Source: a bacterium BMS3Abin11 (GTDB taxonomy: Bacteria; Pseudomonadota; Gammaproteobacteria; BMS3Bbin11). From it: a stretch of 64,000 nucleotides of DNA. Position numbers and translations under genes: made by a program. The stretch lies in NCBI GenBank assembly GCA_002897635.1, contig BDTD01000009.1, forward strand, positions 54,754 to 118,753, given 5' to 3'. Positions 1-9,704 of this stretch are shown here, in pieces. A model generated the notes under the pieces. It worked only from the letters and a program-made list of their open reading frames with translations. It made no database searches and was not told where the DNA came from. How positions within the stretch are numbered: the first letter of the stretch is position 1; each line of letters begins with the position of its first letter.

Positions 1-529
1 TGGGCTAGACCAGCCCACTGCAGGCGAGATCACGGTTGCCGGGCAACGTCTGGATACCATGACAGCAGTGCAGCGAGCAGATCTTCGGTTGCATCATATC
101 GGTTTTGTTTTCCAGGCCTACAACCTGATACCTGTATTAAGTGCCCGTGAAAATGTAGAATTTGTCATGCAGTTACAGGGAATAGAGGAAAACCACCGCC
201 GCTCTCAAGCCTTAGAGATACTGGATCAGGTGGGTCTATCCCGCATGGAGAATCGCCGTCCTGCTGAATTATCCGGTGGGCAGCAGCAACGTGTCGCCGT
301 GGCACGAGCAATCGTCAGCAGGCCTGAACTCATCCTGGCTGACGAGCCAACCGCTAACCTGGACTCAGCCAACTCGGACAACCTAATGGAACTGATGCGG
401 GAGCTAAACAGCAACAGCAGAACGACTTTCATCATTTCCACCCATGACGAAGGCGTCATGAAATTCGCCAAACGCCTGGTGAGATTGCATGATGGCAGGA
501 TAGTGGGTGATGAATCAGTTGAAAGTTAA
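1..529 (+). CDS. ABC transporter ATP-binding protein (LolD/MacB-like), 5' end outside window
   Basis: Frame 2 is open from the window edge: [17 protein letters not shown]... Contains the ABC signature [14 protein letters not shown], Walker B ILADEPT and the H-loop STHD. Confidence 0.85.
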   Translation, partial: GLDQPTAGEITVAGQRLDTMTAVQRADLRLHHIGFVFQAYNLIPVLSARENVEFVMQLQGIEENHRRSQALEILDQVGLSRMENRRPAELSGGQQQRVAVARAIVSRPELILADEPTANLDSANSDNLMELMRELNSNSRTTFIISTHDEGVMKFAKRLVRLHDGRIVGDESVES

Positions 530-693
530 GGGCGCCTCTATTAATTCATGAATAAGCATCTTGAGTCCAAAACCAGTTATCTCTGCGTTAAGAATCTTCG
601 CAATAGCTAGCTATTACGTGCGATCCTTGCCTTGATATGACAGTTTTTGAATCACAATCTGGCATATCCAGAATTAATAGAGGCGCCCTTAAA
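527..693. repeat. MITE-like intergenic repeat, family A copy 1 (TIR TTAAGGGCGCCTCTATTAATTC)
   Basis: A 22-bp terminal inverted repeat at 527-548 pairs with 671-693. The left end overlaps the TAA stop of the upstream ABC gene. Near-identical copy at 25408-25576 in inverse orientation. Confidence 0.8.
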
Positions 694-719
694 CATCAAA
701 TGATTTTTACTACAGAGGA

Positions 720-1973
720 ATGTTTTTTAAACACCTTCATATAGTTTTCCTGCTCAGCCTGGCTTCAACTGCTATAGCAGAGACGACTTTTGGCGGGCAC
801 GTTAAGTATTTTTATACTTACTCGGACTTTCCTGATGACTCGGTATTAGCCACAGAAGCTGACCCATACCAGGAGTCACTGGGTAATCTGAGATTAAAAA
901 TCATGACCCATTCTGGTCCATGGGATGGCCAGCTGGACTATGAACTCAATGGCCTCTACTCGCCGGATCTGAACAACTGTTTCATACGAGCAGGCCTGGC
1001 CGGGTTTGGTTGTACAACACTCGCAAGCGATCGGAGGCAGTTGTTCGACTTGTCCAATGTTATCTCTGACAACGAGACTTCACTGATATATCAACGCATC
1101 GACAGGCTTGCTGTTTCTTACTCAAGTGAAAGCTTTGTTGCCCGTGTGGGTCGACAGGCCATCAGCTGGGGCAATGGCATGGTCTATAACCCGCTGGATC
1201 TTTTTAATCCATTTGCACCTGCTGCAATAGATAAAGAATACAAACGTGGCGAAGACATGCTTTATTTTCAGGGCCTGTCCAGTTCAGGCAGCGATTTACA
1301 GGCTTTGTACATTCCACGCCGTGACCTTGCTACTGGAGATGTTACCAGTGATAAATCTGCCCTGGCCGGGAAATTTCACTGGTTGATGTCCGGAAATGAG
1401 ATCGATTTACTGCTTGCAAGAAACTACGGTGATACGATTCTTGGTAGTGCTTATACAGGTGAATGGCATAAGAATGTCATCAATGCCAGTATCTCACTGT
1501 CACTGACGAATAAAGGAAATATCTGGTCTTTTGAAACAAATTATAACTATTCTACAGTGCTGCGAGGCTTGAATCTAAGCGGTTTCGTAGAGTTCTTCTA
1601 TAATGGATTCGGCCTGAGGGGCAAACGCTATACTGCCAGTGAAATTACAGAAAATGAAGCACTGTTTTCACGCCTGCTACGGGGTGAGTTGTTTACTATT
1701 GGGCGCTACTACCTGGCAACAGGTGCCCTGCTTGAGCTGACACCTTTGTTTAGTCTGACACCAACACTTTTCATTAATATCGGTGATCGCAGCGGACTGT
1801 TGCAGTTTTCCGGTGCCTATAGTCTGACACAGAATTTTGACCTTCTCGCAGGTATTAACATACCAGTGGGAGAAGATGGAACCGAATTCGGTGGCATTGA
1901 GGCGCTTAGAGACAAAGAACTGACTCTGGCTCCAGGAACCACCTTGTTTGCACGTCTTGCCTGGTATTTTTAG
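720..1973 (+). CDS. putative outer-membrane beta-barrel protein
   Basis: N-terminal signal peptide (LLSLASTAIAETTF). Alternating amphipathic pattern and a C-terminal aromatic ending ...ARLAWYF, typical of OMP barrels. No specific family recognised. Confidence 0.5.
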   Translation: MFFKHLHIVFLLSLASTAIAETTFGGHVKYFYTYSDFPDDSVLATEADPYQESLGNLRLKIMTHSGPWDGQLDYELNGLYSPDLNNCFIRAGLAGFGCTTLASDRRQLFDLSNVISDNETSLIYQRIDRLAVSYSSESFVARVGRQAISWGNGMVYNPLDLFNPFAPAAIDKEYKRGEDMLYFQGLSSSGSDLQALYIPRRDLATGDVTSDKSALAGKFHWLMSGNEIDLLLARNYGDTILGSAYTGEWHKNVINASISLSLTNKGNIWSFETNYNYSTVLRGLNLSGFVEFFYNGFGLRGKRYTASEITENEALFSRLLRGELFTIGRYYLATGALLELTPLFSLTPTLFINIGDRSGLLQFSGAYSLTQNFDLLAGINIPVGEDGTEFGGIEALRDKELTLAPGTTLFARLAWYF

Positions 1974-1990
1974 CAATCATAGAGATTTTT

Positions 1991-2058
1991 TGTAGGTGCG
2001 AATTCATTCGCACAAGGTGTTTAAAGGAGTCTTGCTGTGCGAATGAATTCGCACCTAC
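1991..2058. repeat. palindromic repeat family B copy 1 (arms TGTAGGTGCGAATTCATTCGCACA)
   Basis: 24-bp arm at 1991-2014 and its reverse complement at 2035-2058 around a 20-nt loop. A second copy with identical arms lies at 59067-59137. Sits where a terminator for the upstream gene would be. Confidence 0.75.
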
Positions 2059-2127
2059 ATCCATTATCACGTCAAGGCAGACTCAAAACAAATTTCAATA
2101 CCCTCGCGCTTACTATAAAATCAACGA

Positions 2128-3783
2128 ATGACTGAAAGCACGCCACGACTCACCAACCTGCCCGCATGGAAAAAACTTCAGGCTCATTATGATGAGATTT
2201 CCAGTCTCCACATGCGTGAACTGTTCGCAAGCCAGCCAAATCGCTTCGAAGAATTTTCGATTACACTGGATTCTCTGTTTCTGGATTACTCCAAGAATCG
2301 GATCAACCTGAAAACTATGCAGCTGTTAACAGACCTGGCCAGGGAGTGTTGTGTCCCCGAAGCAATTGATAGCATGTTCAAAGGCGAAAAGATCAATACC
2401 ACAGAAGACCGGGAAGTTCTTCACACCGCTTTAAGAAGTGATATAGATAAGCCTTTCATCATTGCAAGCGGCGATGATGTGATGCCTGAAATCCGGGCAG
2501 AATTAGAGAAAATGAAAAGGTTTTGTGACGCTGTGCATAAGGGTGAAAACACCGGTCACACCGGCAAAACCTTCACCTCGATAGTGAATATTGGCATAGG
2601 GGGTTCAGATCTTGGTCCTCACATGGTGGTTAATGCCCTGAAGTTCTATCAGAAAGATCTTGATATCCATTTTGTATCCAATGTTGATGATGCCGATATA
2701 GCCGAAACACTGAAAAAACTTAACCCGGAAACTACACTGTTTATTATTTCATCAAAAACATTCACAACCTGGGAAACACTGACCAATGCCCACAGCGCCC
2801 GAGACTGGTTTTTGCAATCAGGGGCTAATCAGACCGCCCTGTCAAAACATTTTATTGCCGTCTCCAGTAATATCCCGGCCGCAACGGCTTTCGGTATTAC
2901 TGAGGAAAATATATTTGAATTCTGGGATTGGGTAGGTGGACGCTATTCCCTGTGGTCAGCGATTGGTTTATCGATTGCTCTGGCAGTCGGTTTTGACAGG
3001 TTCTCCGGGCTCCTCGCTGGCGCGAATTCGATGGACAAACATTTCAGGGAGGTTCCGCTGGAGAGAAATATCCCTGTCATTCTGGGATTACTGGGCATCT
3101 GGTACAATAATTTTTTTGGTGCCGATACGCAGGCGATAATTCCGTATGATCAGTATCTCCAGTACCTCCCGGCCTACCTTCAGCAGGCGGATATGGAGAG
3201 CAACGGCAAGCATGTTACGAAAGGTGGGGAAGAAGTCGATTACAGTACCGGCCCGATTATATGGGGTACGACCGGAACCAACGGCCAGCATGCCTATTTT
3301 CAGCTATTGCATCAGGGTACTCGTCTGATTCCGGTTGACTTTATCGCCCCAGTTGAATCATTGAACAATATTGGCATACACCATCGCCTGTTGATTGCCA
3401 ATTTCCTCGCACAGACGGAGGCACTGGTCAGAGGAAAAACCAGAGCTGAGGCCAGGGCCACACTGGAAAAATCCGGACTGAGCGAGAAAAAAATAGAGGA
3501 AATTCTTCCACATAAAGTCTTTCCCGGCAACCAGCCTACCAACACCCTGTTCTATCAAAAATTGACGCCCTGGAATCTTGGTGCCCTGATTGCCATGTAT
3601 GAGCATAAAATTTTCGTGCAGGGCGTGATCTGGGATATCAATTCATTTGATCAATGGGGGGTCGAGCTGGGCAAAAAACTTGCCAGGATAATCTACGATG
3701 AACTGGAAGACAGTGTACCTGTCAAAACGCACGGTCAGTCAACACGTGGGTTAATTAATTATTTTAAGAAAAAGTCACCTTAA
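2128..3783 (+). CDS. pgi: glucose-6-phosphate isomerase
   Basis: 551 aa with PGI motifs: IGIGGSDLGP, ISSKTFTT.ET, GGRYSLWSAIGL, QQADMESNGK, GTNGQHAYFQLLHQG. Confidence 0.95.
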   Translation: MTESTPRLTNLPAWKKLQAHYDEISSLHMRELFASQPNRFEEFSITLDSLFLDYSKNRINLKTMQLLTDLARECCVPEAIDSMFKGEKINTTEDREVLHTALRSDIDKPFIIASGDDVMPEIRAELEKMKRFCDAVHKGENTGHTGKTFTSIVNIGIGGSDLGPHMVVNALKFYQKDLDIHFVSNVDDADIAETLKKLNPETTLFIISSKTFTTWETLTNAHSARDWFLQSGANQTALSKHFIAVSSNIPAATAFGITEENIFEFWDWVGGRYSLWSAIGLSIALAVGFDRFSGLLAGANSMDKHFREVPLERNIPVILGLLGIWYNNFFGADTQAIIPYDQYLQYLPAYLQQADMESNGKHVTKGGEEVDYSTGPIIWGTTGTNGQHAYFQLLHQGTRLIPVDFIAPVESLNNIGIHHRLLIANFLAQTEALVRGKTRAEARATLEKSGLSEKKIEEILPHKVFPGNQPTNTLFYQKLTPWNLGALIAMYEHKIFVQGVIWDINSFDQWGVELGKKLARIIYDELEDSVPVKTHGQSTRGLINYFKKKSP

Positions 3784-3835
3784 GGACTCCCCTATAAATT
3801 CGAACCTGTTGATGTCAACAGACAATGCTTGATAA

Positions 3836-4660
3836 TCAGGATCCTTTACGCAATTTGAAAAAATAATTTGTCGCATCAACAAAACCATGCACACTACCAC
3901 AGTCATAGCGCATGCCGTTAAATTTTAGTGCCAGAACCTTTCCCTGCTTTGCAAGCGTATGTAATGCATCAGTTATCTGTAGTTCCCCACCCTTACCTGG
4001 TTTTGTTTCTCGCAAGGTATCAAAAATTTCAGGTATCAGAATATAACGTCCGATTATGGCCAGGTTGCCAGGTGCCTCTTCATCTGATGGTTTTTCGACC
4101 ATTCCGTTTACTTTGTACACGCCTTCTTCCAGTTCTTCTCCGTCTATAACACCGTATTTGTGTACTTCTGACATAGGAACTTCTTCAATAGCAATAATGC
4201 AAGCCGTTTGTTTTTTATAAAGGCTAAGCATTTGTGACATGACAGGTTCAGGATTACCTACACACAAATCATCTGCCAGAATGACGCCAAAGGGTTCATC
4301 GCCAATAAGGGTTTCACCTGTCAGAATAGCATGCCCCAACCCCTTCATTTCCAATTGCCGAGTGTAGGAGAAGGTACAATGATTGATTAGATGCCTGATA
4401 CCCGTCAGTTTGTTTTCTTTCGATGTACCACTGATCTGATGCTCCAGCTCATAGCTGATATCAAAATGATCTTCAATCGCGCGCTTGCTACGACCCGTTA
4501 CAATAGCTATCTGCTGCATGCCGGCTGCCAGTGACTCTTCTACACCATATTGAATAAGCGGTTTATCGAGTATGGGCATCATTTCTTTTGGCATGGCCTT
4601 GGTTGCCGGTAAAAAACGAGTACCATACCCCGCAGCCGGAAAAAGACATTTACGTATCAT
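3836..4660 (-). CDS. galU: UTP--glucose-1-phosphate uridylyltransferase
   Basis: MIRKCLFPAAGYGTRFLPATKAMPKEMMPILDKPLIQY is the GalU N-terminus. An ATG with a GAGGAG RBS sits 4 codons inside the TTG-initiated ORF. Confidence 0.9.
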   Translation of the reverse strand: MIRKCLFPAAGYGTRFLPATKAMPKEMMPILDKPLIQYGVEESLAAGMQQIAIVTGRSKRAIEDHFDISYELEHQISGTSKENKLTGIRHLINHCTFSYTRQLEMKGLGHAILTGETLIGDEPFGVILADDLCVGNPEPVMSQMLSLYKKQTACIIAIEEVPMSEVHKYGVIDGEELEEGVYKVNGMVEKPSDEEAPGNLAIIGRYILIPEIFDTLRETKPGKGGELQITDALHTLAKQGKVLALKFNGMRYDCGSVHGFVDATNYFFKLRKGS

Positions 4661-4699
4661 GTGGCTCCTCAATGAGAATTAAGTGTTTTGATTTATGAA

Positions 4700-6070
4700 C
4701 TAGAAGATATCCTGTATCTCTCTGACATGCTTAACAGGGATCAGACGTATGCCTTTTTCTTTTTTTCGCGGCATATTCCCTTCAGGAACCATCACACTGT
4801 TAAAACCGAGCTTAATAGCCTCACGAATACGCTGGTCACCACGCTGTACCGGACGCACTTCACCCGTCAGTCCTAACTCACCAAATACAGCCATGTCTTT
4901 GGCCAGTGTATGATCTCTAAAGCTGGAAAAAATTGCCAGTGCAACAGCAAGATCGGAGGCTGGCTCAAATACCCGCACACCACCGACTACATTAACGAAA
5001 ACATCCTGGCCTCCTATCTGTATATCTGCATGACGGTGGAGTACAGCAAGCACCATGGCCAGGCGGGATCCATCCAGACCAACACACAGGCGACGTGGGT
5101 TTGAAAGCTGACTGTCGTCGACCAGGGCCTGTACTTCAACCAGCAAGGATCGCGTACCTTCCTGGGAGGCAAGCACTACACTGCCTGGCGATAATGTCTC
5201 ATTGCGTCCGAGAAACATCGCTGAGGGATTACTGACTTCATGCAGGCCATCATCCTGCATGGCAAATACACCGATTTCATTGACGGGTCCGAAGCGATTT
5301 TTTATTGCCCGTACAAGTCGAAAACGACTGCCGCTGTCGCCTTCAAAATAAAGTACTGTATCAACCATATGTTCCAGTACACGAGGGCCAGCCAGTGCGC
5401 CATCCTTGGTAACGTGACCGACAAGTATTACTGATATACCGGTTTGTTTTGCATATCTGACCAGCAGCGCAGCCGTTTCTCGTACCTGTGAAACACTGCC
5501 GGGTGCCGATTGTAGAACATCCGTAAACAGTGTCTGGATGGAATCAATGACCATTACCGCAGGTTTTACCTTTGATGCCGCATCAATAATTGCTTCTACC
5601 TGGGTTTCCGCCATTAATTTCAATTTGCTGGCATCCAGCCCCAGGCGCTCGGATCGAGAGGCAATTTGCTGTGCTGATTCCTCACCGGAGACATAGAGGG
5701 CAGGCATAATCTGGCTAACATTCGCCAGTGACTGCAACAGCAGGGTCGATTTCCCAATTCCTGGGTCACCCCCAATCAGAACCACCGAACCATTGACGAT
5801 ACCGCCACCCAGTACGCGGTCAAGTTCATTAATTGTTGAGGAAAAACGACGGGTATCTTCTTCTGCGCTGATTTCAGATAAGGTAACAATTTCCTGCTTA
5901 CCGGCAAAGCTTGCAAATCGCAAACCTTTTGAGCCTTCCTTGCCAACTAGCGATGTGGTGACTTCTTCCTGAAAACTGTTCCAGCTGCCACACTGATTAC
6001 ATTGCCCAGCCCATAGTGTTGATTGTGCACCGCAGTCTGAGCAGACATAAAGTGATTTCGCCTTAGCCAT
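4700..6070 (-). CDS. radA: DNA repair protein RadA (Sms)
   Basis: N-terminal C4 zinc finger (CSDCGAQSTLWAGQCNQCGSW), Walker A GGDPGIGKST, KNRFG motif, Lon-like C-terminus. Confidence 0.95.
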   Translation of the reverse strand: MAKAKSLYVCSDCGAQSTLWAGQCNQCGSWNSFQEEVTTSLVGKEGSKGLRFASFAGKQEIVTLSEISAEEDTRRFSSTINELDRVLGGGIVNGSVVLIGGDPGIGKSTLLLQSLANVSQIMPALYVSGEESAQQIASRSERLGLDASKLKLMAETQVEAIIDAASKVKPAVMVIDSIQTLFTDVLQSAPGSVSQVRETAALLVRYAKQTGISVILVGHVTKDGALAGPRVLEHMVDTVLYFEGDSGSRFRLVRAIKNRFGPVNEIGVFAMQDDGLHEVSNPSAMFLGRNETLSPGSVVLASQEGTRSLLVEVQALVDDSQLSNPRRLCVGLDGSRLAMVLAVLHRHADIQIGGQDVFVNVVGGVRVFEPASDLAVALAIFSSFRDHTLAKDMAVFGELGLTGEVRPVQRGDQRIREAIKLGFNSVMVPEGNMPRKKEKGIRLIPVKHVREIQDIF

Positions 6071-7148
6071 GGATGACTTCCTGTCGTTTTACCCTTTCCG
6101 TAACGCCACAAATTAGCTCATACGAAATTGTCCCAGCCCTTTCCGCAACAGTATCCACGGCTACTTCCCTGCCCCAAAGCTCTACCGGGCTGCCTGTTGT
6201 TGCAGAATCAATTCCGCGTAAATCGACAGTAATCATGTCCATCGACACCCTGCCAATCAATTGAGTCAGTTTTCCTGCCACCATCACTGGTGTTCCTGAT
6301 GGCGCGTGTCTCGGATAACCGTCACCATAACCGCAGGCGACTACACCAACTTTCATGTCCTGTTGGCAATGCCAGCTACTACCGTAGCCCACGGTATCGT
6401 CTTTCTGGCAATCTTTTATTGAAATGATTTCAGATCTTAAAGACATTACAGGTCTAAGATTCAGGTTGCTGGCTGATAGATCTACAAAAGGTGAGGAACC
6501 ATAAAGCATGATTCCCGGCCGAACCCAGTCAAGATGGCAGTCAGGATGAGCAAGAATAGCGGCAGAATTGGCTATGCTGCGATCTATGCCACTAGCTTCT
6601 TCTGTGATAATAAGAAATTCTTTCAACTGATGAGCCGTCTTCGGTTTTTTAAGTAGATCAGCATCAGCCAGGTGTGACATCACTGAGACACGCCTGATGC
6701 ACTTCATAGCCGAAAGTCGTTTTAAAACCGATTTAAACTGCTCGGGTACAAAACCCAGCCGTTGCATGCCAGTATCAATTTTTAACCAGACAGCGAGTCC
6801 GATTCCCTGCGGAATGTTATCTAGAATATCCAGTTGCCAATCAGAGTGAATTACCGGCTCGAAATTATTTTCTGCGATTAGAGGTATCTCATCACTAGAA
6901 AAAAAACCTTCCAGCAGACATATCGGATGTGAAAAGCCGTCTTTTCTCAGTGTAATTGCATCCCCGAGATCCAACAAACCAAAGGAATCAGCCTCTTTTA
7001 ATGCATGACAGCACAGCAATAGACCATGCCCGTACGCATCGGCCTTAACGATAGCCATTATCCTGGATTCAGGGCTTAGTCGTTTTACCTGATTGAAGTT
7101 GTGCTGAAGTGCGTCTACATCAATACTTGCGTATATAGGCCGAGTCAT
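6063..7148 (-). CDS. alr: alanine racemase
   Basis: PLP-lysine motif AIVKADAYGHG near the N-terminus. 361 aa. Overlaps the radA start by 8 nt, as in the E. coli dnaB-alr arrangement. Confidence 0.9.
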   Translation of the reverse strand: MTRPIYASIDVDALQHNFNQVKRLSPESRIMAIVKADAYGHGLLLCCHALKEADSFGLLDLGDAITLRKDGFSHPICLLEGFFSSDEIPLIAENNFEPVIHSDWQLDILDNIPQGIGLAVWLKIDTGMQRLGFVPEQFKSVLKRLSAMKCIRRVSVMSHLADADLLKKPKTAHQLKEFLIITEEASGIDRSIANSAAILAHPDCHLDWVRPGIMLYGSSPFVDLSASNLNLRPVMSLRSEIISIKDCQKDDTVGYGSSWHCQQDMKVGVVACGYGDGYPRHAPSGTPVMVAGKLTQLIGRVSMDMITVDLRGIDSATTGSPVELWGREVAVDTVAERAGTISYELICGVTERVKRQEVIHG

Positions 7149-7156
7149 GGGAACGC

Positions 7157-8548
7157 TTAATAATAATCGCCTGCTGCTTCAGCACTAATTGGATTGATGA
7201 AATTTTCGAACTTGGTGTATTCGCCAAAGAATGTCAGTTTTATCGTGCCGGTAGGACCATTTCGCTGCTTGCTGATGATAATCTCGGCTATACCTTTGTT
7301 CTCACTTTCCTCGTTATAGACTTCATCCCGGTAAATGAACATGATCAGATCAGCATCCTGTTCGATCGAACCCGATTCACGCAAATCAGACATTATCGGC
7401 CGTTTATCTGTGCGTTGTTCCAGACTTCGATTAAGTTGAGATAAAGCAATTACCGGTACATTAATTTCCTTAGCCAGTGTTTTCAGGTTTCTGGTAATTG
7501 CTGATAATTCAGTGGCCCGGTTTTCGGTAGTTCCACCGAGTGACATCAGCTGTAAATAATCGATGATGATCAGCCCCAGACCATCCTCATTCTGGCTTGC
7601 CAGGCGCCGGCAGCGTGCTCGAAGCTCAGAGGGACTCAGCCCTGGGGTATCATCGATATAAATCCTGCGCTGATCCAGCAGATTGATTGCCGACGTCAGT
7701 CGGGACCAGTCATCTTCCTGCAAAGCTCCGGTTCTAACGCGTTGTGCATTAATTCGTCCAAGGGAGGTAAGCATACGCCGAACCAGTTGTACTCCTGACA
7801 TTTCCATGCTGAAAATAGCGACCGCCTTATCACTACCAACGGCTACATTCTCTGCAATATTCATCGCCAGTGAGGTTTTTCCCATAGATGGTCGCCCGGC
7901 AACAATAATCAGATCTGAATCCTGCAGGCCTGTGGTCAATTTATCAAGGTCGGCAAAGCCGGTAGATAATCCGGTGAGTTCAGAACCAGATTTGAATAAT
8001 TCCTCTATCCGGTCGACCGTCTGTTTGAGTAACTTATTTACCGCAACAAAACCCGATCCATGTTTTGCGCCCTCGTCAGAAATGGCATAAATCTGCTGCT
8101 CGGCAAAATCCAGAATTTCCTTTGGCGAGCGGCCTTCAGGCGTAAAAATACTTTGATTGATGTCGTTCACCGAATTGAGCAGACGCCTCATTATCGAGTG
8201 TTCCTGCACAATCTTCGCATAGGCCGATATGTTGGCGGCACTTGGTGTATTGCGAGTCAGTTCATCGAGATAGGATAAACCGCCTGCTTTTTCCAGCTCA
8301 CCGCTGTTATCCAGATACTCCTGCGTTGTGATGACATCCGCAGGCATGGAATCTTCAATCAGCCTTTCAATTGATGCAAAGATCAGGCGGTGATCCCTGC
8401 GATAGAAATCATTGGCAACCAGAATATCCGCAACATCAACCCAGCGACTGCTATCGAGCATCAGGCCACCCAGCACAGACTGCTCGGCCTCAATCGAATG
8501 AGGTGGTGTTTTTAGCTCTGCGAGTTTATTTTCGGTACTATAAGACAA
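7157..8548 (-). CDS. dnaB: replicative DNA helicase
   Basis: IEAEQSVLGGLMLD N-terminal motif, Walker A GRPSMGKT, 463 aa. Confidence 0.95.
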   Translation of the reverse strand: MSYSTENKLAELKTPPHSIEAEQSVLGGLMLDSSRWVDVADILVANDFYRRDHRLIFASIERLIEDSMPADVITTQEYLDNSGELEKAGGLSYLDELTRNTPSAANISAYAKIVQEHSIMRRLLNSVNDINQSIFTPEGRSPKEILDFAEQQIYAISDEGAKHGSGFVAVNKLLKQTVDRIEELFKSGSELTGLSTGFADLDKLTTGLQDSDLIIVAGRPSMGKTSLAMNIAENVAVGSDKAVAIFSMEMSGVQLVRRMLTSLGRINAQRVRTGALQEDDWSRLTSAINLLDQRRIYIDDTPGLSPSELRARCRRLASQNEDGLGLIIIDYLQLMSLGGTTENRATELSAITRNLKTLAKEINVPVIALSQLNRSLEQRTDKRPIMSDLRESGSIEQDADLIMFIYRDEVYNEESENKGIAEIIISKQRNGPTGTIKLTFFGEYTKFENFINPISAEAAGDYY

Positions 8549-8670
8549 GAGTATTACTATATATTACAATAGGTTAGCATATATTATTAAAGTAATTTAT
8601 TACCTATCCATGATATTTTTGTATAGGACTTTACTGCACCCTGCATAGACTTGTGCGGTAACTCAGACAC

Positions 8671-8714
8671 AAAAAAGGGCTCGTGGCAGGATACCACGAA
8701 CCCCTATTTTTTTC
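8671..8714. terminator. bidirectional rho-independent terminator
   Basis: A-run, 10-bp stem GGGCTCGTGG/CCACGAACCC with a 7-nt loop, then a T9 run. Confidence 0.6.
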
Positions 8715-8729
8715 TGTCTGTTTTTGTTT

Positions 8730-8995
8730 AAGGAGCCTCTGATCAATTCTGCCATATCTCTGGCTTACAGGCTGATTCACAATCAAGGCGTAGCTTTGAA
8801 AGCATGCCTGGGCCTGGTGAAAAACTGCAACGCTGAGTGTGAATCAGCCTGTAAGCCCCGCAGGGCGAGGCCTGAAGCGCACATCTACGGCATTGTGCTT
8901 CTTGCAAAGGACCGGGCCATTCACTGCAAAGCACGCTTTGTAGCTGCACGCTTCAGGTCTCGCAGAGTTGTGGCTTAATTGGTCAGAGACTCCTT
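8730..8995. repeat. large divergent family-A-related element with nested inverted repeats
   Basis: Outer IR AAGGAGCCTCTGATC (8730-8744) pairs with GGTCAGAGACTCCTT (8981-8995); the termini TTAAGGAGCCTCT...CCTTAA resemble family A. Inside: a 19-bp IR (8757-8775 with 8837-8855) and a ~20-bp IR (8858-8878 with 8948-8966). Confidence 0.55.
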
Positions 8996-9005
8996 AATGT
9001 ATAAA

Positions 9006-9455
9006 CTACGACTCGGAAATTACCGTTACTTTAAGCGACAGATTGACTTCAGGGTGCAAGGAAATGTCAACACTATGCTCACCTACAACTTTAATAGCAC
9101 CTTCAGGAAGATTGACTTCTACCTTATCAAGTTCCTTGCCGATTACTGCGACAGCTTCAATGATGTCCGAAATGGTTACTGATCCAAAGAGTTTACCCTC
9201 TTCACTAGCGCGACGGGCAATTTCAATAGCTACATTTTCCAACTCAGCAGCACGTGCTTCAGCTTTAGCCAAAGCATCCATTGCATTTACTTCAAACTCG
9301 GCGCGGCGACTTTCAAATATTTCTTTGTTTTCCTTTGTTGCCCTGACAGCTTTACCCTGGGGTATTAGATAGTTACGTCCATAACCTGGTTTAACTGAGA
9401 CCTGCGCACCCAGATCGCCAAGGTTACGTATTTTTTCAAGCAGTATGATTTCCAT
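9006..9455 (-). CDS. rplI: 50S ribosomal protein L9
   Basis: MEIILLEKIRNLGDLGAQVSVKPGYGRNYLIPQGKAV..., 149 aa starting at the internal Met of the longer ORF. Confidence 0.9.
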   Translation of the reverse strand: MEIILLEKIRNLGDLGAQVSVKPGYGRNYLIPQGKAVRATKENKEIFESRRAEFEVNAMDALAKAEARAAELENVAIEIARRASEEGKLFGSVTISDIIEAVAVIGKELDKVEVNLPEGAIKVVGEHSVDISLHPEVNLSLKVTVISES

Positions 9456-9471
9456 CTGATTGGTCCTGTAT

Positions 9472-9702
9472 TCAACGATTGTGGTTGTCTGTATAAGGCA
9501 ACAGGGCGAGGAAACGCGCAATTTTTATAGCATTTGCTAGTTGACGTTGATATTTTGGCCTGGTGCCTGTATTACGACTTGGAATAATCTTGCCTGTTTC
9601 AGTAATGTAGGCCTTAAGTATTTCCAGGTCCTTGTAATCGATCTCGGTAATACCTTCAGCGGTGAAACGGCAGTATTTTCTACGGCGGTAAAAACGTGAC
9701 AT
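9472..9702 (-). CDS. rpsR: 30S ribosomal protein S18
   Basis: 76 aa, [12 protein letters not shown]...[31 protein letters not shown]. Confidence 0.95.
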   Translation of the reverse strand: MSRFYRRRKYCRFTAEGITEIDYKDLEILKAYITETGKIIPSRNTGTRPKYQRQLANAIKIARFLALLPYTDNHNR

Positions 9703-9704
9703 GA

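Noticed and set aside
226-471. 81-aa antisense ORF inside the ABC ATPase gene
   Set aside because: Entirely overlaps a well-supported CDS on the opposite strand. Arg/Ser-rich composition typical of antisense frames of GC-balanced genes.
1677-1976. 99-aa minus-strand ORF overlapping the 3' end of the OMP gene
   Set aside because: Antisense to a supported CDS, with no RBS or family resemblance.
2936-3606. Cluster of short ORFs (60-82 aa) on both strands inside pgi
   Set aside because: All lie within the pgi coding region, whose frame carries clear PGI motifs. They are shadow ORFs.
8724-8978. 84-aa plus-strand ORF in the rplI-dnaB spacer
   Set aside because: It coincides with the nested inverted repeats. 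Its basic, low-complexity translation is what a palindromic repeat gives in any frame. It is better explained as a repeat or RNA element.
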